This document shows positions 29,798-42,023 of a stretch of 64,000 nt of DNA, piece after piece; position 1 is the stretch's first letter, and each line of letters begins with the position of its first letter. A program made the position numbers and the translations under genes. A model generated the notes under the pieces. The model saw only the letters and a program-made list of their open reading frames with translations, was not told where the DNA came from and searched no databases. This DNA comes from Bacteroidales bacterium. Lineage in GTDB: Bacteria; Bacteroidota; Bacteroidia; Bacteroidales; PXBB01. Location of the stretch: contig PXBB01000002.1 in the NCBI GenBank assembly GCA_003565735.1, positions 4,477 to 68,476 on the forward strand. The letters run 5' to 3'.

Positions 29798-31660
29798 TTA
29801 TTTCACATGCTTTTTTGCATATTTTCTTTTCCTTACATAAAACAAGATAAAGCCTAAAATAATAACCAGTAAAACGGGCACAGCAAAGTTGACAACTTGC
29901 ACCATTGACTTATAGTTTCTTACTTTAGTTTTATCCAGAAGCCTTAATCTAAACTCTTTGGCTCTTGCCTGAATCAATTCAGAATCGTCACACAGATAGT
30001 TGATGCAGTTAAGTATAAAATCCTTATTGCCAAAAGTTTGTCTTGTCCACCTATCGTACCCTAGGGGCAGTGGTATAAGCTCGCCAGTATCGCTTCTGCG
30101 AATTTGATTCCGAATAATGTTACCATCAGAAACCACAATCATTCTATTTTCAACACTGTTTTCTTTAATATCTATATGCTTTGCTGCATCAAAAAAAGCA
30201 TCGGGTAACAACCTGTTTTTATATAAAGACTCAAACTCTCCTTCGAGCAAAACTGCTATAGGTTGGAAAGGTCTGTTGAAAAGCCGCTCATCCGGAGGAC
30301 GACGCATAATATTTAAGTCGATGGGAACCGGAGCGTTTAAAGTTCTACTATATCTGGAACTTGTCAGCAGAATGGTTTTATCAACATGAGGCACGGCAAT
30401 AGTATCGATACTGCTGACAAATTCACATTTAATAGCATTCAGATTACTTACAACAGGGTGATTGCTCTCAGGCATAATAATTGGGAAAAATACCCACGGA
30501 AAAAAATTGTATTGCGGCTGGTTGCCAATGCGTCCGGTTTCTAAAGGCACTTGAGCACATTTCAGATCCTGTATCAAATTGTTGTTTATTCTTACACCAT
30601 ATTTAAAAAGCTGATCTTCTATGTTAAGGCGTTTTGTAAAACCCATCGTCGATGCATTCATTACAAGGCTATCCATGGAAGCATGAACAGCATCGATGAG
30701 CCAAAGCACTTTACCGCCATTCATAATATATTGGTCAATAAGGAATTTATCCCTTTCACCTATAGGGCTGGTAGGCTGTGCTATAATAAGTGCATCGAAA
30801 GTATTGACCCAGTCAAATTGCAACCTCACATACTCACTTATCATATCCTCCTCAAATTCAACATATTGCTCCAGTGTATCTGTGGTTACAAATCTGGAGT
30901 CTATTTTTTCGGAAATATATTTCATAAAATGAGGATCATCATAAGCAAAGCTAATACGGCTGACAGCATAATAATGCGAAAGTTCCTGTTCAATATCAGC
31001 CGTTTCAAGAGGGCTCAACTGACCATGCCCTTCGAGAAAAGCCACGCGTGGTCGGCGCGTATCAGTAAGTGTTTTGATAGCATGGGCAAAATTATACTCT
31101 ATAGCCTGTATGGAGTTATTAATAACCGTTTGAGAAGAAGTTCCGAGTTGCGTATTTAGTAATTGTACGGGTATTTCCTGACCTCTGAAAGAAACGATGG
31201 CTCCCGGAAATATGACCTGGGTTCTTGAACCTGAACTTTCACTAAGATACACTTGCGTGGGTTCAAGGCCTTTTTCCATTAGTAATTTATAAATGTTTTG
31301 AGTTTCTCTGGGGTCTTCAGTTCTGGTGGGATTAACAAATTCGTATTGTATATGTCTGGAATAAGCCCTGAACTCGTCAAGCATTTCTTTAGAGGCATTG
31401 CGTAAGCGCCTAAATCCTGCAGGCAGGTCGCCTTCTAAATAAACCCTAAAAAAAACAATGTCGTCGAGTTCTGTTAGCATATCCTTTGTGGCATCAGATA
31501 ATGAGTAGCGTTTTTCGGAGGTCAAATCGAGCCTGAAAAATACAAAAGAACTGATAACATTGATAAATAATACGATACCAAGACTCATAAAAAAAGTAAG
31601 GACACTGTACTTTTTAAGTTTTTTCTTTTTTACAAGACTGCTATTTTTTTGTTTTTTCAT
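29798..31660 (-). CDS. gldG: Gliding motility-associated ABC transporter substrate-binding protein GldG
   Basis: RLDLTSEKRYSLS, VYLEGDLPAGFRRL, IDQYIMNGGK.LWLID, LPLGYD..T...FGNKDF..N..NYL.DD. Start at MKKQK preferred. Confidence 0.92.
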   Translation of the reverse strand: MKKQKNSSLVKKKKLKKYSVLTFFMSLGIVLFINVISSFVFFRLDLTSEKRYSLSDATKDMLTELDDIVFFRVYLEGDLPAGFRRLRNASKEMLDEFRAYSRHIQYEFVNPTRTEDPRETQNIYKLLMEKGLEPTQVYLSESSGSRTQVIFPGAIVSFRGQEIPVQLLNTQLGTSSQTVINNSIQAIEYNFAHAIKTLTDTRRPRVAFLEGHGQLSPLETADIEQELSHYYAVSRISFAYDDPHFMKYISEKIDSRFVTTDTLEQYVEFEEDMISEYVRLQFDWVNTFDALIIAQPTSPIGERDKFLIDQYIMNGGKVLWLIDAVHASMDSLVMNASTMGFTKRLNIEDQLFKYGVRINNNLIQDLKCAQVPLETGRIGNQPQYNFFPWVFFPIIMPESNHPVVSNLNAIKCEFVSSIDTIAVPHVDKTILLTSSRYSRTLNAPVPIDLNIMRRPPDERLFNRPFQPIAVLLEGEFESLYKNRLLPDAFFDAAKHIDIKENSVENRMIVVSDGNIIRNQIRRSDTGELIPLPLGYDRWTRQTFGNKDFILNCINYLCDDSELIQARAKEFRLRLLDKTKVRNYKSMVQVVNFAVPVLLVIILGFILFYVRKRKYAKKHVK

Positions 31661-31679
31661 TTTAAAACTTTTTCTAAAA

Positions 31680-32411
31680 TTACCATTTGCGGCTTTCAAG
31701 AGATATTTTGGTTAGCAAAAAGAAGACAGCTATGAGACTCAGGAAATAAACAACATCTCTGGAGTCAATAACGCCTCTGCTCATTGAGACATAATGAGTT
31801 TGAATACCCAAAGACTGAATAAAAAGGTCAAAGCGCCCAAAAAGATCAAGGTTATAAATAAACTCAAAACCTATATAAATAAAACCACTTAGAAAAACCG
31901 ACACTATAAAAGCTACAATTTGATTATCTGTAATGGACGACACGAAAACACCTATGGCAACAAAAGCTGATGCCAGAAACAATAAGCCAATATACGAGCC
32001 CCAGGTGCCACCCATGTCGATATTCCCTACAGGATATCCCAAAAAATAAACTGTAATTACATATATCAAAGTTGGCAATAAAGCCAAAACAACCAGCGAA
32101 ATACTGGCAAGCATTTTTGAGGCAATAATCTGCACATCCGTCAAGGGTTTGGTAAGCAGTAGCTCAATTGTACCACTGCGCTTTTCCTCCGAAAAAGTAC
32201 GCATGGTTACTGCCGGTATTAAAAACAAAAACACAAAAGGAGCTTGTATAAACAAGCCATCAACAGTTGCATAACCATGGTTAAGAATATTACTTCCCAC
32301 AGGAAAAACCCACAAAAACAAGCTGTTAATTATCAAAAAAACAACTATCACGATATGTCCGATAAGCGAACTTAAAAATAATGATATTTCTTTCTTATAT
32401 AAAGTAAACAT
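31680..32411 (-). CDS. gldF: Gliding motility-associated ABC transporter permease GldF
   Basis: KKEI..F.SS.IG; FLIPAVTMRTFSEEKRSGTIELLLTKP; TDNQIVAF; SRGVIDSRD; ESRKW. Confidence 0.93.
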   Translation of the reverse strand: MFTLYKKEISLFLSSLIGHIVIVVFLIINSLFLWVFPVGSNILNHGYATVDGLFIQAPFVFLFLIPAVTMRTFSEEKRSGTIELLLTKPLTDVQIIASKMLASISLVVLALLPTLIYVITVYFLGYPVGNIDMGGTWGSYIGLLFLASAFVAIGVFVSSITDNQIVAFIVSVFLSGFIYIGFEFIYNLDLFGRFDLFIQSLGIQTHYVSMSRGVIDSRDVVYFLSLIAVFFLLTKISLESRKW

Positions 32412-32629
32412 AAAAAAAAGTTTGTTATATAATGACTGCAAATTTAACATTTTATTGCATAGCAGCCACATTAAAATATGCTATACCAAAAGAGTATGCT
32501 TAAGTGTTTAAAAACAACAGGAAGCAGGCTGCCTTTTTTCAACTTAGAATAATAATTATTCATTTTTTTTGAAAATCCGGCATGGTTGCACATATGCAAT
32601 TTTTGGTTTATTTTTGCAAAAAAAACGCA

Positions 32630-34462
32630 ATGGCAGAACAATACACCGAAGACTCGATACGATCGCTTAATTGGCAGGAACACATAAGGATGCGCCCCGG
32701 CATGTATATAGGAAAGCTTGGCGACGGCGTTTCACAGGATGACGGCATTTATGTACTTATCAAAGAGATTATTGACAATGCTGTTGATGAGTTTATCATG
32801 GGCTATGGCAAGACTATTGAAGTTACCATAAAAGAGCCCAAGGTTATTATCAGAGATTACGGACGAGGCATACCTTTAGGCAAGCTTATCGACTGTGTGT
32901 CAAAAATTAACACCGGCGCTAAATACGACTCTAAAGTTTTTAAAAAAACTGTCGGGCTGAATGGCGTAGGTACAAAAGCAGTGAATGCATTATCTTCATA
33001 TTTCAAAATACAATCCATACGCGATGGCAAAACCAAAACAGCAGAATTTGAACAAGGACTTTTGGTTTTGGAAAATGATGACTCAACAGCACTAAGCAAC
33101 GGCACTGTTGTAAGCTTTATTCCTGATAAAAGCATTTTTCAGAATTATAATTTTTTGAGTGAGCATGTTGAAAAAATGCTCTGGAACTACGCCTATCTCA
33201 ACAAAGGTTTAAGCATTAAATTCAATGGCAAAAAAATAAAGTCGGAAAATGGCTTAAGCGACTTACTCGAACGTCATATTGACACCGCCATACACTATCC
33301 TTTAATACACATACAAGAAGGCGATTTGGAGTTTGCTTTTACCCATAGTGTAAATCAGTATGGTGAAAATTATTTTTCTTTTGTTAACGGCCAGCACACA
33401 ACACAAGGGGGAACACACCAGGCAGCTTTCAGAGAAGCTATTGTAAAAACAGTTCGTGAATTTTACCGTAAGGATTTTGACGCTTCCGACATCAGATCTT
33501 CTATTATAGCTGCCATTAGCCTTAAAGTGCAGGAGCCTGTTTTTGAATCACAAACCAAAACCAAGCTTGGTTCTCAACACATTGAACCGGGTGGCACTAC
33601 GATTAGAAATTATGTAGGCGAAATTGTAAAAAAACATCTGGACAACTACCTTCATATCAACCAAGAGGTTGCAAATACTTTGCTGGCTAAAATTTTACAA
33701 TCTGAAAAAGAACGCAAAGAGATTTCCAATATTAAAAAAATTGCACGTGAAAGTATCAAAAAAGTCAGTCTGCATAACAAAAAACTCAGAGATTGTAAAG
33801 TACACTATAATTCCAATCATGAAAAAAAATTAGATTCTACATTATTTATCACAGAGGGAGATTCGGCCAGTGGCTCTATAACTAAATCCAGAGATGTGCA
33901 AACCCAGGCCGTTTTTAGCCTTAAAGGAAAGCCTCTTAACAGCTACGGCATGACCAAAAAGGTGGTGTATGAAAATGAAGAATTCAATCTTCTACAGGCT
34001 GCTCTCAATATTGAAGATGGTATTGAAAATCTTAGATACAACAACATTGTGATAGCTACCGACGCCGATGTTGACGGCATGCACATACGGCTTCTGCTTA
34101 TCACTTTTTTTCTGCAGTTTTTTCCGGATATCATAAAAAATGGGCACCTTTACATTTTACAAACGCCTTTGTTCAGGGTACGTAATAAGTCGAAAGTTTT
34201 CTATTGCTATACTGATGAGGAGCGCGTAAATGCTTTGCGTTCTTTGGGTGCTTCGCCCGAAATAACCAGATTTAAAGGGCTGGGAGAAATCTCTCCCGAC
34301 GAGTTTAAGCATTTTATTGGTAAGTCCATGCGACTCGACCCCGTCATGTACAACAGAAATATTTCCACAAAAGAAATTCTTGCTTTTTATATGGGGAAAA
34401 ATACACCGGAACGTCAAAACTTTATCATTGAAAACCTGAAATATGAACTTATAAACGAATAA
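32630..34462 (+). CDS. parE: DNA topoisomerase IV subunit B
   Basis: [56 protein letters not shown]; short Bacteroidota ParE type. Start at MAEQY. Confidence 0.92.
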   Translation: MAEQYTEDSIRSLNWQEHIRMRPGMYIGKLGDGVSQDDGIYVLIKEIIDNAVDEFIMGYGKTIEVTIKEPKVIIRDYGRGIPLGKLIDCVSKINTGAKYDSKVFKKTVGLNGVGTKAVNALSSYFKIQSIRDGKTKTAEFEQGLLVLENDDSTALSNGTVVSFIPDKSIFQNYNFLSEHVEKMLWNYAYLNKGLSIKFNGKKIKSENGLSDLLERHIDTAIHYPLIHIQEGDLEFAFTHSVNQYGENYFSFVNGQHTTQGGTHQAAFREAIVKTVREFYRKDFDASDIRSSIIAAISLKVQEPVFESQTKTKLGSQHIEPGGTTIRNYVGEIVKKHLDNYLHINQEVANTLLAKILQSEKERKEISNIKKIARESIKKVSLHNKKLRDCKVHYNSNHEKKLDSTLFITEGDSASGSITKSRDVQTQAVFSLKGKPLNSYGMTKKVVYENEEFNLLQAALNIEDGIENLRYNNIVIATDADVDGMHIRLLLITFFLQFFPDIIKNGHLYILQTPLFRVRNKSKVFYCYTDEERVNALRSLGASPEITRFKGLGEISPDEFKHFIGKSMRLDPVMYNRNISTKEILAFYMGKNTPERQNFIIENLKYELINE

Positions 34463-34534
34463 TATTCTTAAACCCCCTATTAAAAGTAAACTTCAAGCAG
34501 TTATACACACAAAATCAACTTAATAATTTTTACA

Positions 34535-35023
34535 ATGAAAACACTTATACTATATGCTTCAAGTCATGGCACCACAGAAAAAATTGCCCGACATATAGCT
34601 GCAAAACTTGAGCCTACAGTTAACTGTGAACTATCAGATATCAAAAAACAAAAAAAAATATCCCTCGACACCTATAACTGCATCGTTATTGGCGCTTCTA
34701 TACATGCCGGCAATGTCCAAAGGAGTATCAGAAATTTTTGCATCAAGCACGAAAGCATTCTTTTGTCCAAGCCGCTGGCTCTATTTCTTTCAGGAATGCA
34801 TAAAGAAAAATACGAGGAGCAATTTGACAAAGCCTTTCCGAAAAATCTAAGAGACCATGCTTTCAGCAAAAGAAATGTTGGCGGTGAATTTATTTTTGAA
34901 AAAATGAATTTCTTCGAAAAAGCCATTATTAAAAAAATAACCGGACTAAACAGCTCAGTTTCTGCAATAATCTATAAAGAAGCTGATGCTCTTGCCGAAG
35001 ATATTTTAGCTTTAGCACAATAA
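34535..35023 (+). CDS. Flavodoxin-domain protein (HemG-like, Flavodoxin_5)
   Basis: ILYASSHGTTEKIA, VIGASIHAG, GGEF.FEKMNFFEK. Confidence 0.82.
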   Translation: MKTLILYASSHGTTEKIARHIAAKLEPTVNCELSDIKKQKKISLDTYNCIVIGASIHAGNVQRSIRNFCIKHESILLSKPLALFLSGMHKEKYEEQFDKAFPKNLRDHAFSKRNVGGEFIFEKMNFFEKAIIKKITGLNSSVSAIIYKEADALAEDILALAQ

Positions 35024-35163
35024 TGAGCCTAAAAGTCATTTCAGAGACTGCTTAGCGGTTATATTGACTGAGATTTTTTTCTTGAAACATTTATATAACC
35101 TTTTTTTCATATTTTCTTAATGTAAAGAGTAAGACTTTTTAAGAAATTTGAAAAAAAAACGAA

Positions 35164-35400
35164 ATGGAAAAAAGTCTTAAAGAATCCATACAAAAACGAC
35201 TTATTGGGGGCTTCAATATTTGCACATATAGCAATCAAATAACAATAGAAGTCTTTCGAACAGATTTTTTGAATGCTCCCGAATCAATTAAGCACCAAAA
35301 CCAGGAACTCTTACTATCTAAAAAATATATGTGTGCAAGTGATTTTTTTATCCAATATAAAATGGTAAGAAATGTTACCCAAAACCACACAGAGCATTAA
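35164..35400 (+). CDS. Possible small hypothetical protein
   Basis: 78 aa ATG ORF after an A-rich leader in an otherwise empty 425-bp gap; no recognisable motif. Confidence 0.25.
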   Translation: MEKSLKESIQKRLIGGFNICTYSNQITIEVFRTDFLNAPESIKHQNQELLLSKKYMCASDFFIQYKMVRNVTQNHTEH

Positions 35401-35448
35401 GCAAGTCGGGAATCAATTGCACAACAGGCTAATGCGGATATGAAAAAA

Positions 35449-36426
35449 TTAAGCGTTGATAAAAACTTCCAGCAACGTTGTTTTTACATGAGGGATGACA
35501 TTAAAATCGTAAATACAAGCAGGGATAAGCACCACCTCCCCAGCATCCATTGCCGTATGATTTCCCTGATAAACCACATCAGCTTTACCTTCCGCACAAA
35601 CAAAAGCAGTAAATGAATCCCGTTTACTAAGGTTAAAAGCCATGGGTGAGTTTAAAGGTAAATAATTAACGGAAAAATAAGACGTATCAAGTACAGCATT
35701 AGAAGTATTCTGCATACGATTGTAATTGGTATAGTAGTTTTCATGATATTTAAAATCAATAGCATCCTGCGCTTCTTTTGTATGAAGCTGTCTGCTCATA
35801 CCAGATGCATCTTTTCTATTCCAATCGTAAATACGATAGGTAATATCAGAGGTTTGCTGAATTTCAGCCAGCAAAATACCTTTTCCAATAGCATGCACAC
35901 GACCTGCAGGAATATTAAAAACATCTCCTTTGTCAACTTTTACACGGTTTAAAATAGATTCAATTTGCCCTTCGTTTAACTTTTGCTCATATAAAGCTCT
36001 GTCAACACCTTCTTGAAAACCAATTACAAGTTCCGAGTCTGCATCTGCGTCAATAATATACCACATTTCATTTTTACCCGGACATTGATGACGTTCTCCG
36101 GCAAGAGTATCATTTGGGTGAACCTGAACGGATAGATTGTCAGCGGCATTTAAAAATTTAATAAGAACAGGAAAGTGGGTTCCGAATTTTTCAAACAGCG
36201 ACTCCCCTATCAACTCATCCAGGTAAACCTCAAGCACTTCACTTAATTTGTTACCTTTCAAAAAACCGTTCTCAACGACAGACTCATCATTTTCTACAGC
36301 AGACAAAGCCCACAGCTCCCCGCAATTGTTCAATGGGCTAAAGTCCTTACCCAGGTATTTTTTTATTTTATCACCGCCCCATACCTTTTCTTTAAATATG
36401 GGTTTGAATTTTAAAGGATATAACAT
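35449..36426 (-). CDS. manA: Mannose-6-phosphate isomerase, class I
   Basis: YPLKFKPI.KEKVWGG, LSVQVHP, KNEMWY, IPAGRVHAIG, EIQQTSDITYRIYD. Confidence 0.92.
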   Translation of the reverse strand: MLYPLKFKPIFKEKVWGGDKIKKYLGKDFSPLNNCGELWALSAVENDESVVENGFLKGNKLSEVLEVYLDELIGESLFEKFGTHFPVLIKFLNAADNLSVQVHPNDTLAGERHQCPGKNEMWYIIDADADSELVIGFQEGVDRALYEQKLNEGQIESILNRVKVDKGDVFNIPAGRVHAIGKGILLAEIQQTSDITYRIYDWNRKDASGMSRQLHTKEAQDAIDFKYHENYYTNYNRMQNTSNAVLDTSYFSVNYLPLNSPMAFNLSKRDSFTAFVCAEGKADVVYQGNHTAMDAGEVVLIPACIYDFNVIPHVKTTLLEVFINA

Positions 36427-36628
36427 ATTGTCGGTATTAAATATTTTACTTTTATGCAAAGGTAGTTAAATATCTAAGAGCATGGCAAAAGATGTACCGG
36501 TGTAAAAATGAGAGAGCAGGATTTCAACCTGCCTTATGCACTATTTTGTTTACTTTTTGTAAATAATACAGGCTACCGGTCAAAAAACCAAAATAGAATA
36601 TATCCAAAGCTTGTGTTAATATCAAATA

Positions 36629-37447
36629 CTATAGATTGGCATGAGCAAGTTCATTGGTAAAATCAAGTTCGGAGCCCAATAAGCTATGAGGAATCATATA
36701 CGTAATAATAAGAACTACAGCTGCCGCCAGCACCCACCAACGAGCACGAGCAGTATTTCGGAAAGTTTTATACAGTGCTATGCCCCAGAAAATAACAGCA
36801 ACAGCCGTTTTATTATCTGTAAGGTCATGGCCGAGAGGAAAGCCTGTCCATAAATCGCCAAAAGCAAAAAGCTGCACTATAGGGCCGAATACCAAGCCCC
36901 CTAATACCAAAGTAACAAAAGTGATCAACGATAAACGAAAAAGCTTGGCTTTACTGTAGAATACTTCAAGCAGCGCTCTGTTAGAATAAAGCATTGCTAA
37001 AAACATAAAAATTATATGAGGCACCAGATAAATGGCAGGAACATGACCTTTATAACGTATTATTACCGGCTCTTCAACAAGAGGGTAATCCATCTCTCCG
37101 TCAGTTAAAACAATTTGATACATCACCTTTCCGGCAGGTGGTTGAGTAGGAATAGTAGCCACCAGATAGCCATTTTCGGTTTGCATGCTTTTTTTGGTCC
37201 AGTCGTCATAGCTCAGATAGCGCCTAAATCTGTAATAACCATCTATAGGAGCCCCCTCCATATCAATTCGTATCTGTGCATCAGTCCCGGTTGTCTCAGT
37301 TCTAATAAGCCTGTAACTAATATCTGTGTTTTCTATGTTTACCGTACCTCTTACAGGTTTAGTGGGTCCCGTACGCCTTTGAAAATAAGCCAATAAAATT
37401 GTAAATACAATAGTAATCACCCATAAATAAACAGCTGTTTTTTTCAT
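36629..37447 (-). CDS. Conserved hypothetical membrane protein
   Basis: YFQRRTGPT.P, QPPAGK..Y, PHIIFMF, GPIVQ..AFG..WTGFP.G.DLTDNKT, IPHSL.GSELD; several TM helices. Confidence 0.8.
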   Translation of the reverse strand: MKKTAVYLWVITIVFTILLAYFQRRTGPTKPVRGTVNIENTDISYRLIRTETTGTDAQIRIDMEGAPIDGYYRFRRYLSYDDWTKKSMQTENGYLVATIPTQPPAGKVMYQIVLTDGEMDYPLVEEPVIIRYKGHVPAIYLVPHIIFMFLAMLYSNRALLEVFYSKAKLFRLSLITFVTLVLGGLVFGPIVQLFAFGDLWTGFPLGHDLTDNKTAVAVIFWGIALYKTFRNTARARWWVLAAAVVLIITYMIPHSLLGSELDFTNELAHANL

Positions 37448-37533
37448 TTTAATATTTTTTAATATGACATACAAAATTATAAAAACATATTTACTTTTTT
37501 ATTTAAACCGAAATATTTGATGCGAATTTTGAT

Positions 37534-37541
37534 TATATTTG
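37534..37541 (+). promoter_or_regulatory. -7 promoter element of rnpB
   Basis: TATATTTG directly upstream of the RNA 5' end. Confidence 0.65.
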
Positions 37542-37545
37542 CACT

Positions 37546-37896
37546 ATCCGGTTTGTTCTATCGCTACTTATTTACACATAAATAGAGGAAAGTCCGGGCA
37601 ACACAGAGCACCATACTTCCTAACGGGAAGTTTCTGCCATTGGCAGAAAGAGACAGTGCCACAGAAAATAACCGCCCAACTTAATGTTGTGGTAAGGGTG
37701 AAAACGTGAGGTAAGAGCTCACGCGCCGTTAAGGCGACTTAGCGGTGGGGTAAACCTTATGGGTTGAAAGGCCAAATAAACCGGGGCTTGAGGGTGGCTC
37801 GCCCAATCCCGGAGGGTAGGCTGATAGATTTTACCTGTGAAGGTAAAACGAGATAAATGATAGAACACGACAGAACCCGGCTTATAGAACCGGATA
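37546..37896 (+). ncRNA. rnpB: RNase P RNA (bacterial type A)
   Basis: Universal motifs GAGGAAAGTCCGGGC, AGTGCCACAGAAA, GGTAAACC and ACAGAACCCGGCTTA; terminal pairing ATCCGGTT/AACCGGAT. Confidence 0.97.
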
Positions 37897-37935
37897 CACT
37901 AAAGCCCTTGCAATGCAAGGGCTTTAGTGTTTTTT
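37896..37935. terminator. Terminator hairpin after rnpB, between convergent genes
   Basis: ACACTAAAGCCCTTGC-aat-GCAAGGGCTTTAGTGT-TTTTT. Confidence 0.88.
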
Positions 37936-37999
37936 GGTATGATGACTTTATACACCGACATCTGGGAAAAAGTCACCCCACAGAAAAGTGAAGGTTTGT

Positions 38000-40219
38000 T
38001 TAATTACTAACTACAAGTCTTTCAACGAAAAAGGCTGTATCCGTTTGAATTCTTACCAGATAAAATCCTGAAGACAAGCTGCTGACATCAAGTTGATATG
38101 TTTTTGTATCCAAAGCACCCGAAACAGTTTTCACAATTTTCCCTTCCATATCATAAATGGCAATTTCTTTTACAGTACTATTATAGTCAGACATTTTAAT
38201 ATTCAAACTGCTTGAAGCAGGATTTGGATAAAGAGAAAATAAGTTCTCATCCAGCTTAATATTTTTCACATTACTAAGCGTTTCTGCTGCTAATACAGCA
38301 GCAAGCGCATTGGCTTTGCCCCAGCCCCACTGCAAATGACCTTCGGGGCCAATCTGTCCTGTGTTTTGATCCAGGCGGGCTGTCATTTTAAGAATGTCCT
38401 TGGCTTGTGTTGCACTCATTGTAGGATACGCTTCTAACATAAGTGCCACAATACCGGTAACCATAGGAGCCGACATAGAAGTGCCGGAATATGCAACAAA
38501 ATCATAATCGCGTCCATTAAAATGTACGGTTTGATTAACATCACCGGGGTTAACACTCCAGTCGAAAGAGTTCACTGAAGACACAACACTCTGGCCTGTT
38601 GATGCAATATCGGGCTTGGTACGACCATCAACAGTTGGGCCGTAACTGCTAAAGCTGGAAATATTACCAAAATAAACAATATCGTTTGTATGAACAAACT
38701 CAGCTCTGTATGAAGCTGTAGTAATCACATTGCGGCCTACGCCCGCAGGTTCACCAAGACCATAATGATGATTGCCGCCCGTGGCTCCCGGATAATTTGC
38801 TGATAAAGACACGCCCCAATTGGTATATCTGTTATTCATTCTTACATTGTTCCAAATATGAAGAAGACAATTTTCGCTAGTGGCTAAAAGCACCAGTTTA
38901 TTAGAACCTGTTTTTTTTACTTCTAAGCGAATATTGGGTTTGTCGTTGAGAAAGTGCCGCGCTGTTGACTGTATTCTTACAATAAGGCTGTCATTTCCTA
39001 CAAGAATTGTATCATTAATGAATGGTTCATTTAAAGAATGATAAAATGGGGTTTGATAAAGTGTGCTGTCTGAGTTATCAACAAGGCGCAAGGCCACAGA
39101 AAAATCAGAATTTTCCGACCCCCACATAGACAAAGTTTGCCCAAAAATATCATTTATATTAACGAAATTGACCACTGTTTTAAGGGTGTCGCCCGGGGTG
39201 TCATTAAAATCTTTGTCCAAGTGAAACGTGGACAAGCCACCGGTAATTACGGTGCCATTATTGCCGGCCGACCCAACAAAAATTTTTCCGGGACCGTGTA
39301 AAATGTCAATGCCTAAATTTTTCAGACTGGTACCATCATGGGGCCCCAAGTGGCTGCCAAAGCTCATGTTAACAACAAATGGTTTGTTTACGGAAGCTGC
39401 ATAATTTGCTATGTATGAAAAGGCATCAATAAGAGAAGGGGCATCACGTCTTAAGGATATAAATATCAATTCTGATTCATGAGCAGCACCTCTATGCAGT
39501 GTCCCAGCACCCGACCCACCGGCAATACCGGCTACATGGGTTCCATGAGAGGAAGGTCCAAAAACATAAAGTGTATCCGAGCCTGCTGCCAATAAATTGT
39601 CTTTCCCTACAAATTCTGTCCCAAAACTATAACCGGCGGGAGGTGGCCCTGACAGCTTATTTTGGTCCCAGGCTCTACTGATGCGCAAATCGGTAAGCGT
39701 CGTGTCATAAAAATTGGGATGCGTATAATCAAAGCCCCAATCGATTATGCCGATAATAACACCTTTGCCTCTATAGCCCTGCATCAGACCACCTAAACCG
39801 GCATTAACACTATCCACTCTTGCAGACGGCACAGCCAGTCTCAAATCGGGAGAAACAGGCTCCCCAACTTCAATATATTTGATACCGCTTATCTGTGCTA
39901 ATTTTGAAAAGTGATGAATCGGTACACGCATAGACCACAATTGTTCCAAGCGTGTGTCATTCAAAATATTTAATGACCTTAATTGTTCCTTATCTACATG
40001 ATTGTCGTTCACTATGGCTAATACTCCAATATGATAGGCACCATTAATATGAAAGAGGTCATAATCCTCAACAAGTTGTTTAAACAATTTTTCATTATTC
40101 ATGGCCAAGGCCAGTTCGCGCTGAAACAATCTGGCTGTTGAATTCATTTGAACTTGTGCGTAAGTTAATGTTTGAAAGCAAAAGACGATTAAAACTAAAA
40201 GACAGATTTTGTTCTTCAT
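38000..40219 (-). CDS. S8 subtilisin-like serine protease with T9SS type A CTD
   Basis: Catalytic motifs IGIIDWG, HGTHVAGIA and GTSMSAP; FSSYGP..DGR.KPD; CTD LYPNPA...DVSSLSSGFYLV. Confidence 0.94.
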   Translation of the reverse strand: MKNKICLLVLIVFCFQTLTYAQVQMNSTARLFQRELALAMNNEKLFKQLVEDYDLFHINGAYHIGVLAIVNDNHVDKEQLRSLNILNDTRLEQLWSMRVPIHHFSKLAQISGIKYIEVGEPVSPDLRLAVPSARVDSVNAGLGGLMQGYRGKGVIIGIIDWGFDYTHPNFYDTTLTDLRISRAWDQNKLSGPPPAGYSFGTEFVGKDNLLAAGSDTLYVFGPSSHGTHVAGIAGGSGAGTLHRGAAHESELIFISLRRDAPSLIDAFSYIANYAASVNKPFVVNMSFGSHLGPHDGTSLKNLGIDILHGPGKIFVGSAGNNGTVITGGLSTFHLDKDFNDTPGDTLKTVVNFVNINDIFGQTLSMWGSENSDFSVALRLVDNSDSTLYQTPFYHSLNEPFINDTILVGNDSLIVRIQSTARHFLNDKPNIRLEVKKTGSNKLVLLATSENCLLHIWNNVRMNNRYTNWGVSLSANYPGATGGNHHYGLGEPAGVGRNVITTASYRAEFVHTNDIVYFGNISSFSSYGPTVDGRTKPDIASTGQSVVSSVNSFDWSVNPGDVNQTVHFNGRDYDFVAYSGTSMSAPMVTGIVALMLEAYPTMSATQAKDILKMTARLDQNTGQIGPEGHLQWGWGKANALAAVLAAETLSNVKNIKLDENLFSLYPNPASSSLNIKMSDYNSTVKEIAIYDMEGKIVKTVSGALDTKTYQLDVSSLSSGFYLVRIQTDTAFFVERLVVSN

Positions 40220-40288
40220 AAATTATTAGATTTTGTTAAAAAAAAACAAATTTAAATAAAAATGCTTTAAGCTACTCAAATAAAAAAC

Positions 40289-40324
40289 AAAAAAAGAGGC
40301 TGCACGCAAATGCGGCAACCTCTT
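40289..40324 (-). terminator. Probable terminator after gdhA
   Basis: A-run then AAGAGGCTGC...GCAACCTCTT imperfect stem. Confidence 0.6.
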
Positions 40325-40353
40325 CATGCAAAACTTAAAGAGAAAGAAAAAGA

Positions 40354-41709
<1,356 letters not shown>

Positions 41710-42023
41710 TTAATTTTTTAATTATTTTATTAGTACAAATCGAACTTAATATTTAAATGCAATAATAAACGTTTTTTTTAATTTTAAATAACTTTTGTAT
41801 TATATTTTTTACACTTAATCTTATTTTACAGTTTTTACGTATAAACATATAAATATTTTTCTTATTTTAAATAGGTATTTTTCTTATTCTTAATTACGCT
41901 AATCACTTATCATAAGCTATTAAAAAAAATATTTACATTTACATTTTGTTAAACACATAGTGTAGCAACATGAAACAAAAGCTTATTAGAATTTAAATTT
42001 AAAAAATATAACCTACTATACAA

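Noticed and set aside
28645-32411. gldF-gldG without gldA as an anomaly
   Set aside because: gldA is commonly unlinked from gldFG in Bacteroidota
32630-34462. gyrB call, or significance of the missing parC
   Set aside because: Length and motifs fit Bacteroidota ParE, and unlinked parE/parC is not unusual
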